A stretch of DNA of 64,000 bases from the human T2T-CHM13v2.0 reference genome, Homo sapiens. The stretch is from assembly GCF_009914755.1 (NCBI RefSeq), contig NC_060925.1, one strand, 5' to 3'. Position 1 is the stretch's first letter. Each line of letters begins with the position of its first letter. Positions 1-9,080 of the stretch are shown here, one piece after another. The notes beneath the pieces are model-generated. The model was given only the letters and a program-made list of their open reading frames with translations, was not told the DNA's origin and made no database searches. The position numbers and the translations under genes are program-made.

Positions 1-509
1 AGGAACGTGACCATTGAAGCACCACAGGGAGGGGTTCAGGCCTCCGGATGACTGCAGGCAGGCCTGGGTAACATCCAGCCTCCCACAAGAAGCTGGTGGA
101 GCAGAGCGTTCCCTGACTCCTCCAAGGAAAGGAGACTCCCTTTCCCGGTCTGCTCAGTAACGGGTGCCTTCCCAGACACTGGCGTTACCGCTTGACCAAG
201 GGGCCCTCAAGCGGCCCTTATGCGGGCATGACAGAAGGCTCCCCTCTTGCCTTCTATTCACTTCTCACAATGTCCCTTCAGCACCTGACCCTATACCTGC
301 CGGTTATTCCTAGGTTATATTATTAATGCAACAGAGTAATATTAAAAGCTAATGATTAATAATGTTTATAATAATGATGGATAATTGTTCATGATCATCG
401 CTGTATCTAATTTGTATTATGACTATTCTTATTCTATTTTCTTTATTATACTGAAACAGTTTGTGCCTTCAGTCTCTTGCCTCGGCACCTAGGTACTCTT
501 CCGCCCACA
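1..509 (-). mobile_element. LTR13A-like ERVK LTR, 5' part (runs off the window start), inside an intron of the SHP-like pseudogene
   Basis: The reverse complement begins TGTGGGCGGAAGAGTACCTAGGTGCCGAGGCAAGAGACTGAAGGCACAAACTGTTTCAGTATAATAAAG, matching the LTR13/LTR13A 5' end as I recall it. AT-rich U3 segment at 310-450. Confidence 0.8.
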
Positions 510-586
510 CGGGACGGGCTGGGGGTGGCCATCTCGGGCTCTGGGAAGGGGCCGGGGCTGTGAGCTGAAGGCTCCATCACCTCCAG

Positions 587-683
587 ATGCTGCAGCAGCA
601 GGAATGCCGGTTCCTGTACCCTCGGAAGGAGGGGCAGAGTGTGGAGAACAAGCCCAAGAATCACTACAAGAACATCCTTCCCT
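587..683 (+). pseudogene. SHP-like pseudo-exon equivalent to PTPN11 exon 7 ([32 protein letters not shown])
   Basis: ctccag acceptor and gtgag donor at 684; 97 bp. Compare SHP2 [33 protein letters not shown]. Confidence 0.92.
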
Positions 684-884
684 GTGAGGGCGGAGGCCAG
701 GGCGTCACCCGTCGGGCCTGGGGGAGGTGGGGGGCAGGCCGAGCATCTGCCACCGCTGACCTGAGGCTCCCCCTTGCATACCCTGGACCCTCCATCTCTG
801 CTCACCACAGGGTCTGCGGGCAAAGAGGCAGGGTGAGGCCCACGAGCTGTGCCCTGGAGAACTGAGCGGCACCTCCCTTCCCAG

Positions 885-951
885 TTGATGCTACCCTTGA
901 GTCATCCTGCTCAACGAGGATGACAGCGGGCCCGGAGCCGACTACATCAGG
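885..951 (+). pseudogene. Pseudo-exon equivalent to PTPN11 exon 8 (FDAT-VILLNEDDSGPGADYIR), frameshifted and lacking NANYI
   Basis: cccttcccag acceptor and gtgggt donor; 67 bp, consistent with 80 - 15 (deletion) + 2 (insertion). Confidence 0.82.
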
Positions 952-1234
952 GTGGGTGTGTGCGGGAGGCGGGGCCTGGGCCCATTGCTCCTGGGGGGCT
1001 CAGGAAGAACCAGGGTCCCCAAGGGAGGGGTGGGCGGCAGTCTCCAAGGGGTCCTCAGAGAGGCTGGATGGGCATTGGTCCTCAGCCCCTTGCTGGCCTG
1101 GAGTGAGGAGTGTGTTTAAGCCACCAGGGCTCTTTGCATAATATTTGTGTGTCGTTTGCATATCATTTGCATAGCATTTGCATGGACTTGTTTGTCCTCT
1201 GTTAACAGCAGCAGTTGGCCTCATTCCCTTTCAG

Positions 1235-1664
1235 ACTGACCCTGAGGAGGAGCCGGGCCATGGCAGGGGCAGGGTGGACATCCCTTGTGGCCCTGCCCCG
1301 CCGCACCTGCACCTGCACAGCCCGCGTGGGCCCGCCCCGCCGCAGCTGAAGTGCACCACCATGGGCCCGGCCCGCGGCTCGCGGCTCGCGGCTCTGGGCC
1401 CGGTTCACCTCGTCCCGGAAGCCGAGGACGCCGGCGGGATCGGTCCGGACGCCGTAGTCCGGCCAGCCGAAGTACTGGAAGTGCTGCACCGTACGCTGTG
1501 GCTCCTCCCCGCGGGGCAGGGCCTCGCGGGCGCAGGGTGTACATCGCCTGCAGGGCTGTCTGCAGGGCTGTCTGCAGGCCACGGTGGCTGCTTTCTGGGC
1601 CACGGTGCACCAGGAGAACACGCGTGTCATCGTCATGACCACCAGGGAGATGGAGCGGGGCCGG
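1235..1664 (+). pseudogene. Pseudo-exon equivalent to PTPN11 exon 9 (…VYIA-QGCL(QGCL)QATVAAFWATVHQENTRVIVMTTREMERGR), interrupted by an inverted insertion
   Basis: ttccctttcag acceptor and gtaggg donor at 1665; 12-bp tandem duplication of the QGCL codons, a 1-nt frameshift, and an insertion at about 1283-1545. Confidence 0.88.
1287..1508 (-). repeat. Inverted duplicate of 2591-2805 (WPD/catalytic pseudo-exon plus two repeat units)
   Basis: The reverse complement reads ggaggagccacagcgtacggtgcagcacttccagtacttcggctggccggactacggcgtcc…catggtggtgcacttcagctgcggcgggg, nearly identical to the sequence from 2591 onward. Confidence 0.95.
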
Positions 1665-1886
1665 GTAGGGGTGCGGTGCCAGTGCTCTCAGTGCCCATCC
1701 CACCCCGTGCATCTTCGGCTGCCCAAGGCCCTTCCCGACCAGGCCAAGGAGGCTGTGGGACGCCGTGGGAGTGGGGAGGCTCCCACAGAGCCCCGTGGCT
1801 GCACGTACACACCTGCGTCTCTGCAGGTCGCAGGGGCGGGGTGCCGAGGTGCTGCCAGCAAGGCTGATGCAAAGCGCTCCCCTCGG

Positions 1887-2018
1887 AACAAGTGTTTCCG
1901 GGACTGGCCAGAGCTGCCCGGCAGCCAAGAGTTCGGCCGTGTGCACATGCGCGTCCTCGGCAAGGGCCAGGCCCAGGGCTACTGCGTGCGGGAGCTGCAG
2001 GTGTGGCGGCCGGGCCAG
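1887..2018 (+). pseudogene. Pseudo-exon equivalent to PTPN11 exon 10 (NKCFRDWPELPGSQEFGRVHMRVLGKGQAQGYCVRELQVWRPGQ)
   Basis: 132 bp, as recalled for PTPN11 exon 10; gtgag donor intact; acceptor reads cgg instead of cag (1884-1886). Confidence 0.88.
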
Positions 2019-2591
2019 GTGAGCCTGGCGGCTGTGGAGCGTGCCTGCTGTCGGCCTGCACTGGGAGACCCCACACCTGCCTGCATCCAACCCCACTGCC
2101 TTTGGGGGCTTCCACACCCCTCAACCCAGGAGGTGCATTCCAAGCCTGGACAGGGGTCACTGACGTGGCCACATTCTCAGCCCTGGGCTGGCGGCCGCTC
2201 CTCCCACACACCTCTCCAACTGCAGCTTTGGTCTCCGTTGTATACCAGAGACGCCCATTTCTGTTCCGGGCAGATTACCTCGTGTTCCCTCCAGCCCCCG
2301 CCCAGTGTGTGTGGGGGGGTCCTCCAGGACCCCATGGACCCCTCACATTTGGTTTTTCCTTATAAAATAACTGTCCTCACAGCCTGCTTCGCCCGCCCCC
2401 AGCTCCCTCTTCCCTTCCCCAGGCACCTGAGCCACCTGGGGCCATCTCGGCGCCCCCTCCCCATTTCCTTCCTCCTCCTCCTGCTCGCCTTGGCTCCCGC
2501 AGCCCCTCCGCTTGGGCACTCCCGGAAACCCAGCTGTGCCTCAGCCTCCTCCTCCCACCCTGGGGTCACACTCACCGCTTGCCCCGCTCAG

Positions 2592-2746
2592 GAGGAGCCA
2601 CAGCGTACGGTGCAGCACTTCCAGTACTTCGGCTGGCCGGACTACGGCGTCCGGGCCGATCCCGCCGGCGTCCTCGGCTTCCGGGACGAGGTGAACCGGG
2701 CCCAGAGCAGCAAGCCGCGGGCCGGGCCCATGGTGGTGCACTTCAG
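2592..2746 (+). pseudogene. Pseudo-exon equivalent to PTPN11 exon 11 (WPD loop to catalytic His: …WPDYGVRADPAGVLGFRDEV…GPMVVHFS)
   Basis: 155 bp; ctcag acceptor; catalytic Cys codon reads TTC (Phe) at 2742-2744; donor reads ct instead of gt at 2747-2748. Confidence 0.92.
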
Positions 2747-2929
2747 CTGCGGCGGGGCGGGCCCACGCGGGCTGTGCAGATGCAGGTGCGGCGGGGCGGG
2801 GCCACGCGGGCTGTGAAGGTGCAGGTGCGGCGGGGCGGGGCCACGCGGGCTGTGCAGATGCAGGTGCGGCGGGGCGGGGCCACGCGGGCTGTGAAGGTGC
2901 AGGTGCGGCGGGGCAGAGCCACGCGGGAC
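2736..2929 (+). repeat. 38/39-bp minisatellite, 5 copies (gtgcagatgcaggtgcggcggggcggggccacgcgggct)
   Basis: Direct inspection of tandem units. Confidence 0.9.
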
Positions 2930-3013
2930 GACGAGGGCGGAGCCATCGGGTGGGCGGGGGCGCCCCCGCCCCCGCCCCCCACTCTCGTCAAAGGCCGCCT
3001 AGTTTGTCCTCAG

Positions 3014-3081
3014 TGGGGGCATCGGATGCACGGGCACCATCATCGTGATTGACATCCTGGTGGACGTCATCCGCAGGCAGG
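3014..3081 (+). pseudogene. Pseudo-exon equivalent to PTPN11 exon 12 ([24 protein letters not shown])
   Basis: 68 bp; tcctcag acceptor; gc donor; P-loop Arg replaced by Cys. Compare SHP2 [24 protein letters not shown]. Confidence 0.9.
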
Positions 3082-3126
3082 GCGAGCCGCTCCACTCTGG
3101 GTCCCCCCCGCCCTGCCCTGCTATAG

Positions 3127-3205
3127 CCCCACCCCTCCGGACGACCCCACCCCTCCGGACGACCCCACCCCTCAGGACGACCCCACCCCTCAGGACGACC
3201 CCACC
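3127..3205 (+). repeat. 18-bp tandem repeat (ccccacccctccggacga), about 4 copies, intronic
   Basis: Direct inspection. Confidence 0.85.
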
Positions 3206-3302
3206 GCTACCGGCAAGCCCCGCCCCTCATCAGCAGCCCCGCCCCTGCCTGCCGGCACCTTCCCCCCATCCGTAGCCCCTCCCCAAGCGCGCTTGTCCGC
3301 AG

Positions 3303-3451
3303 GGCTGGACTGCGACACCGACGTCCCGAAGACGATCCAGCTGGTTTGGCGGCAGCACTGGGGAATGGTGCAGACGGAGGCTCCGTACAAGTTCACGTAC
3401 CTGGCGCTGCAGCGGCACATCCGGGGCGAGTAACTGCGCCTGCGCGAGCAG
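3303..3451 (+). pseudogene. Pseudo-exon equivalent to PTPN11 exon 13 ([48 protein letters not shown])
   Basis: tccgcag acceptor and gtgggg donor; Q-loop motif; in-frame TAA at 3431-3433. Confidence 0.9.
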
Positions 3452-3522
3452 GTGGGGGCGTGGCCCTGCGGGGCGTGGCCTGTGCGGGCGTCGCCATGGT
3501 GACCGGCGGCCCCTCCCCCCAG

Positions 3523-3613
3523 CGCGAGCCGCCTCAGGAGCGCGAGAACCAAAACGTGGGCGCCGCCCCCCGCTAATCGGGTTGCAGCCCCCGGCTCCCC
3601 GGGCATCCCCGGT
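3523..3613 (+). pseudogene. Probable C-terminal tail pseudo-exon (REPPQERENQNV…), cf. SHP2 HEYTNI / SHP1 SEYGNI with the Tyr lost
   Basis: ccccccag acceptor and gtgagt donor at 3614; E-[N]-Q-N-V aligns with E-Y-x-N-I. Confidence 0.55.
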
Positions 3614-5073
3614 GTGAGTGGAGCGCCGGGGCCGGTCCGGAGTCCTCTGGGAGGGACTGGGACGTGCGGGATGCAGGGCTGAGCCGCTGCTCCACGCGCA
3701 GAACCCCGCAGCCCTGGGACGGCGAGGACGCGAACCTGCGGAGCCGCGGGTGTCTGAGGAGCCGCAGGGAACCCCCGGCCTAGCCGCGCCCGCGTGTGGC
3801 CGGAGCTGCGGGCCGGGACTGTGTCCAGGACAGAGCCACAAGCTTGTCCCCAGCTCAGGGAGGTCCAGGGGCGGCAGAGGGAGCGACAGGCTGCGAAGCC
3901 CACCGGTGACCACGTGTGAACCCGCGTGCGCCCCCAGCTCGGCCACTCCGTGCGGGTCTGCCCTCACCGCAGCTCCGGCCTGCCGGCCCTGCCTGCTCCC
4001 GTGGTCTGGGATGTGGCCCCGGTGAGGACCCGGCCCCATCAGGCACAGGGTGGATGTCTGTGGAGTGAGGTGTGTGTGACATATTCATGTGACCACCCGT
4101 GCAGCGTCACGCGCCTGGCCCTGCCGATGACAAGGGTGTGGGCCTGCGTGGGCATGACTGTGTGTGTGACACAGAGTGATGTTGCTGTGACCCGTGGCTG
4201 CACTCCCCACATCACCGGCTTTCACAGCCTTCCGGTAAAGTGCTGTGTTCTCCCTTCTGTGTCTTCGCTGGGACCTGGGGCAAGGGTGGGTGTGGCCCCC
4301 ACAGCTGGAGTCAGCTTCTGTGGGGCCTTCCCGAGCCCTCCCCACCCTGGACCAGAGGCCCAGCTGGTTGGAGCAGGAAGTACCTGGGCTCTGGGGTCAG
4401 GGATGGGAAGGCTGAGGAGGCCTGCGTGAGCTGGACCTGGCCTGGGCCCTCCTGGCCGTGCCTGCCTGGTGGTGCAGGATTCCTGGGGCTGATGACAGAC
4501 GGGGTAGGGCTGGGGTTGGCGAGCCTCCTGCCGATACCTCACGTAGCTGACCTCTGACTCTTCCCCAGCCAGGCTGGCCCTGGGAGTTGCCGGAGAGTCA
4601 GTGGATCTGCAGGCTGCACGCTGGCTGTTACCTTTGCTTCTGGGTTCCCACAGGGGTCATGGTTCTGTGGTTCTCCAGTCAGGGACCCTAGCAGGGCCAT
4701 GGGGCGTGACTTCCTGGAGGTGTGGCCTAGTATGGCCACGGCAGAGGATGGGGGAAGAGAAAGGCCCCCTTTGTCAGCCCCCGGGCTCTGAACCAAGCTG
4801 AAGCCCTCCCCCTGGTCCAGCCTGCCCTGCCCCAAGTGTCCTGGGCCTCTCCCCATCTCCCTGGGGAGCCTCACATTGCTGAGTCGCCAGCCAACTCCAG
4901 AAACCCCCAGCCTGTCTGCAGCCAGAGGGGCTGGGAATTGGACCCCCTAGAACCTTGGGCCCACCTGTCCCAGTGGCTGCTGGGAGTCTAATTCTGTCAG
5001 GGTATCCTCTGGGTTGAGGCTGCAGCAGGGGCACCCAGGGTGAGGCCCTCTTGCCAAAGATGGATACAAATAA

Positions 5074-5079
5074 TTTATT
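5074..5079 (-). terminator. RNF223: AATAAA polyadenylation signal of RNF223
   Basis: tttatt on + in a local AT-rich patch about 830 bp downstream of the RNF223 stop codon. Confidence 0.75.
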
Positions 5080-5191
5080 TTAAAAGGTACAATTCACAAG
5101 GTTGGAGGGGTAGCTGGAAGTTTCTGTGGTTACCTTGCACTGGGGGGCTGCCCTGCCTCCACTCTCTCCCCACAGTCCGAGGGCAAGATGA

Positions 5192-5657
<466 letters not shown>

Positions 5658-5910
5658 TGAGACTGTGGTTCTTGGAGGCTTTGGGGATCCTCTTGTCCAC
5701 CCCATCAGGACCCAGCCTGGAGAATGAGGGGTGGACAAGCTAAATGGAGCCTGGTCTTGGTGGGGCCCCGGTGGAGTCCTCAGAGATGCCAGGCTCCTTT
5801 CGCGTCCTCGGGGACCGACTTCCAGTGGCTGCTGTGCCCTTGGGCCCCCCAGTGGGGGACGCCCCATGGAGCTGGGCGAGGGCGGCTGACCTGGGCAGAG
5901 GCTGCTGGCC

Positions 5911-6660
5911 CTAATTGTCAGTCAGAGGCCCGAGGGGGGAGGCGGCTGTGCTGGTGGCCGGGGGCCGGGGGGGCAGGGGCAGGCAGCGCAGGTTCCCGGT
6001 CTTGAGCGCGCACTGCACCGGCCAGAGTGCCACACAGAAGAGCATCAGCAGCAGGGCAGAGACCAGTGCCATGCGCCTCCAGTCCCTGCAGCGCGCCCAG
6101 CAGCGGGCCAGGCGGCCCCGGCGGGGGGCAGGGTCCCGGGCGGGCACGGGCGGCTCGGCAGGCTTGCTCAAACCCACGTCCACGCATACGAAACCGGGCT
6201 CGCGGCCAGGTGTGGTGGGCAGTGGCTGGCAGCACAGCTTGGTGCCCTCCAGCCACACAGGCTCCTCACGCCGCAAATGCGCCGGCATCCGGGCCTGCAG
6301 CTGGCGGCTGGTGCACAGCGCGGGGGCTCCGGCGGGCGGCACGGCCGTGGGCTGCCTGCAGAAGGGGCAAGGTACAGCCTCACCACCGGGGCGGCCCACA
6401 GGCTGAGCAGCCGCCAGCCGGGCCAGGCACTCCAGGCAGAAGACGTGGGTGCAGGAGAGCTCCTTGGGTGTCTTGAAGATGTTGTCATAGCCTGAGAAAC
6501 AGATGGAGCACTCCAGGGGGGAGGCCACCCTCTCCGAGCCAGGGGTGCCAGGGGACCTGGGGCTGCCGGCCGAGCTGGGGGACCTGGGCATCGAGGCTAT
6601 GGAGCTGCTCCGGCGAGGGGGTGGCACAGCCGTGTGCCACACCTGCTGGCCTGACGACAT
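5911..6660 (-). CDS. RNF223: RING finger protein 223, 249 aa; C3HC4 RING plus C-terminal transmembrane helix (RNF183/186/152-type membrane E3 ligase)
   Basis: MSSGQQVWHT…CSICFSGYDNIFKTPKELSCTHVFCLECL…CPFC…MALVSALLLMLFCVALWPV…; cccacag acceptor at 6670-6671 puts the ATG 9 nt into the exon. Confidence 0.95.
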   Translation of the reverse strand: MSSGQQVWHTAVPPPRRSSSIASMPRSPSSAGSPRSPGTPGSERVASPLECSICFSGYDNIFKTPKELSCTHVFCLECLARLAAAQPVGRPGGEAVPCPFCRQPTAVPPAGAPALCTSRQLQARMPAHLRREEPVWLEGTKLCCQPLPTTPGREPGFVCVDVGLSKPAEPPVPARDPAPRRGRLARCWARCRDWRRMALVSALLLMLFCVALWPVQCALKTGNLRCLPLPPRPPATSTAASPLGPLTDN

Positions 6661-8109
6661 GTCTCTGAGCTGTGGGACAGGGACTGTGGTAAGCAATCAC
6701 CGGCCGCCCCTTTCTGGTGGTGTTTTATCTCTCCCTCCCCTCTCTCGCCCCAGAGATCCCAGGGAAGGACTCTGTTTCCTGCGCGCCACTCCAGAAAGTT
6801 CCTCCGGTGCCCCTGGAGGTCATTCTGCCCCACGTGCAATCCTGTCCTCTCCACCCCATCACATGGCTGCACCGGGGTGAGCCTCCCACAGGGCCCCAGG
6901 CCTGCTCCGGGAATGCAGGCCGTGTGTAGGGGGGTCTCACTGACCGCTCGGCAGACACCTCCTGTTGGCCCTGCCCCACCTGGCTGGCCCTGCTGCCCGG
7001 GCAGAAATAATGGTGAGGATGACAATAGCCACAGTCGTCACTGTTTATGTCGGAGCTCTGCAAGGCTGGGCCCACATCACGGGACTCACACAACGCCACA
7101 GTGTGGAAAAGGCCGCCCAGAGCATGGGTGACTCGGCCAGGGCCACCCCAAGGGAGCTGGCGGGCCCTGGACCCTGGCAGATACGGCTCTCAGGCAGGCC
7201 AGGGACTCCAAGTCAAGTGAAGTGAGTTTGAACTCAGATCCCAGGATGGGTGCCTGGCTTGGGCGGTGCAGGCCTGATTTGTAGGCAGCTATGTGAGGGT
7301 GGGGTGTGGGGGTCTCTGGGTCTGGGGACCGGGCTGAGCCCCGGGGGCTTTGGGACGACAGGGAGGGCCCAGGCAGGGGCAGGGGTCAGTGCCCGAGGAA
7401 GGTGCACGTCAGGCACGACCTGCGGCCTGCGGGGCCGGCTTGTCTAGCTGCTGAGGGTCTGATGTGCACAGTGTGGGGGTGGGACTTGGATAAGCCCAGC
7501 CATTCCCTCTGGGCCAGCCCACTGCCTCATGGTCAGGTGATGGTCAGGGCACCCTCAGCCGCCCACTGAGTGGGTGTTTCTTCTCCCTGACCCAATCCCA
7601 CTTCATGGCAGGGACCCTGGGGGACGGACACTGGGGGATGCTGCTCTGCCCCTGGGCATGGCTCAGGTGGGCATCTCAGCTGACCTGGGACCCTGCTCCA
7701 CCTCCCGCCCCTCCCCTGCACCCAGGATCCGCTGCAGGGAGCCACAGGGGTCCCACCTGGAGGGAAGTGGGCAAGGGTGACAGTGAGACTCAAGGGCCTG
7801 GCCGTGCGTCCCCGTGGGGCCCAGGAGGCTGCCCCAGAAGTGACTCCTGGCACTGCCCCGCCCCACCCCTGACTTGCCAGTGAGTCCCAGACAGGCTGGC
7901 GGGATGACACAGGTCACTGTGACCACCTGAGTCACACGCCGTCACTGCGAGGCCGTGAGTGCCCCAGGCACCGGGACCTGGGGACTGTGCTCTGCGGCCT
8001 GTGTACCCCACAGAACCGGTTCCTTGGCACGAGGCCCCACCCCTCCACGATGGTGCCCCACCCTGAGCCTGTGCAGGTAAGGGGTGAACACGGGCTGAGC
8101 TGGCCTTAC

Positions 8110-8400
8110 CTGGTGGCCGGGGGTCAGCGGGCCTGGGCGTGGTCCTCCTCGCCGGCCACGGTTGGGCTCCAAGGCCCTGGGCTGCCCTGCCCTGGCAGTG
8201 TCTGCTTCCTCTTCTCCGGGCCCGGCCCGGCCTGTGCTTCACCCAGCAGGTATCCCTCCCCGGGGCCGGCCACCAGCAGCTGTCCCGGTGGCACTGGTCT
8301 GGCAGGTGTGGCTTCTGCTCTGTCCAAGACAGGCGGGGACACAAGGAATGCGTGCGCCGTCACCCGCACAGAGCTCTGGTCTGAGGCAGGTGTGAGTTGC
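8110..8400 (-). other. RNF223: RNF223 non-coding exon 1 (5' end approximate)
   Basis: Strong CAG|gtaagg donor at 8108-8109; TATA box about 25-30 nt upstream of about 8400. Confidence 0.7.
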
Positions 8401-8424
8401 TGGGTGTGGGCTCCCAAGCAGGTC

Positions 8425-8432
8425 TATTTATA
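8425..8432 (-). promoter_or_regulatory. RNF223: TATA box (TATAAATA) of RNF223
   Basis: Minus strand gggTATAAATAgacc, an isolated AT-rich motif in GC-rich DNA, correctly placed upstream of exon 1. Confidence 0.72.
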
Positions 8433-8809
8433 CCCTATGGGCCAAGGGTGTGGCCGCAAGCCTCAGGGATTGGCTGGCTTCATCCTCTCCTTGGCGGGCC
8501 AGGCAGCTGGAGGGCAGGGAGGGAGGGGTGAGGGTCGGAGCCGGGTAGGGGTCAGCACAGCCGCTGCAGCCTGGGCAGGTCTGGGCTGGGGTGTGTGCTT
8601 GGACAAAGCCCTCTCTCCCTATAGCCCCAGGAGGCTGGAGCACCTGCTGGAAGCTGCTCACCGCAGTTCCAGGTCCCTGTGGCCCCTGAGCTCCTGGGTG
8701 GGCCTCCTAGCAGGGGCCCTCCCCGAGCCCCCCACAACCTATGCCCAGCCTGCCCCTGCCCTTTGCTCACTGCTGCCTGCCCTCACAGCCCATTCCTGCC
8801 ACTTCCCTG

Positions 8810-9080
8810 CCCACACCCACCCATGTGCTCACCTGCCTCATCCATACACATACGTGGCTGCTCTCACACATGGGCCATGTGTTCACACGCTCTATGCCCC
8901 CGTGTCCACAGGCTCTCACACACGTGCCGTGTCCGGAAGCTCACATATGCCATGTCCACACTCACACACGCCGTGTCCACACTCACACGCCGTGTCCACA
9001 CTCTCACACACATGCCATGTCCACATGCTCTCACACACGTGCCCTGTGTCCACACACACACACATGCCATGTCCACATGC
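8810..9080. repeat. Degenerate CA-rich repeat (tgtccacactcacac…)
   Basis: Direct inspection. Confidence 0.8.

Larger units (their letters stand above)
587..3613 (+). pseudogene. Unprocessed (intron-containing) SHP1/SHP2-like (PTPN6/PTPN11 paralogue) tyrosine phosphatase pseudogene, PTP domain and tail; SH2 exons presumably lie upstream of the window
   Basis: Ordered exon remnants: 587-683, 885-951, 1235-1664, 1887-2018, 2592-2746, 3014-3081, 3303-3451, 3523-3613. They encode [13 protein letters not shown], YIAxQGCL, FW..V.QEN.RVIVMTT.E.ERG, KC..WP, WPDYGV, VH[F]S[G]GIG[C]TG and MVQTEA.Y.F.Y. Multiple disabling lesions. Confidence 0.93.

Noticed and set aside
1202-1642. Minus-strand ORF with a WPDYGV motif as a second PTP gene
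   Set aside because: It is the inverted duplicate of the 2592-2746 exon, with no acceptor or neighbouring exons on that strand.
1584-2816. 410-aa ORF containing PTP motifs as a functional phosphatase
   Set aside because: It reads through two introns by chance, starts at a non-ATG codon, lacks the N-terminal PTP motifs and ends at a Cys-to-Phe catalytic site. It is part of the pseudogene.
3702-3783. Possible final SHP-like tail exon (…GEDANL…, cf. YENV/L)
   Set aside because: Similarity is too short and the phase does not fit without assuming another frameshift; it needs an orthologue alignment.
5911-6696. 261-aa N-terminally extended RNF223
   Set aside because: The extension starts at a non-ATG codon inside the intron. 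The splice acceptor at 6670-6671 makes ATG 6660 the start.
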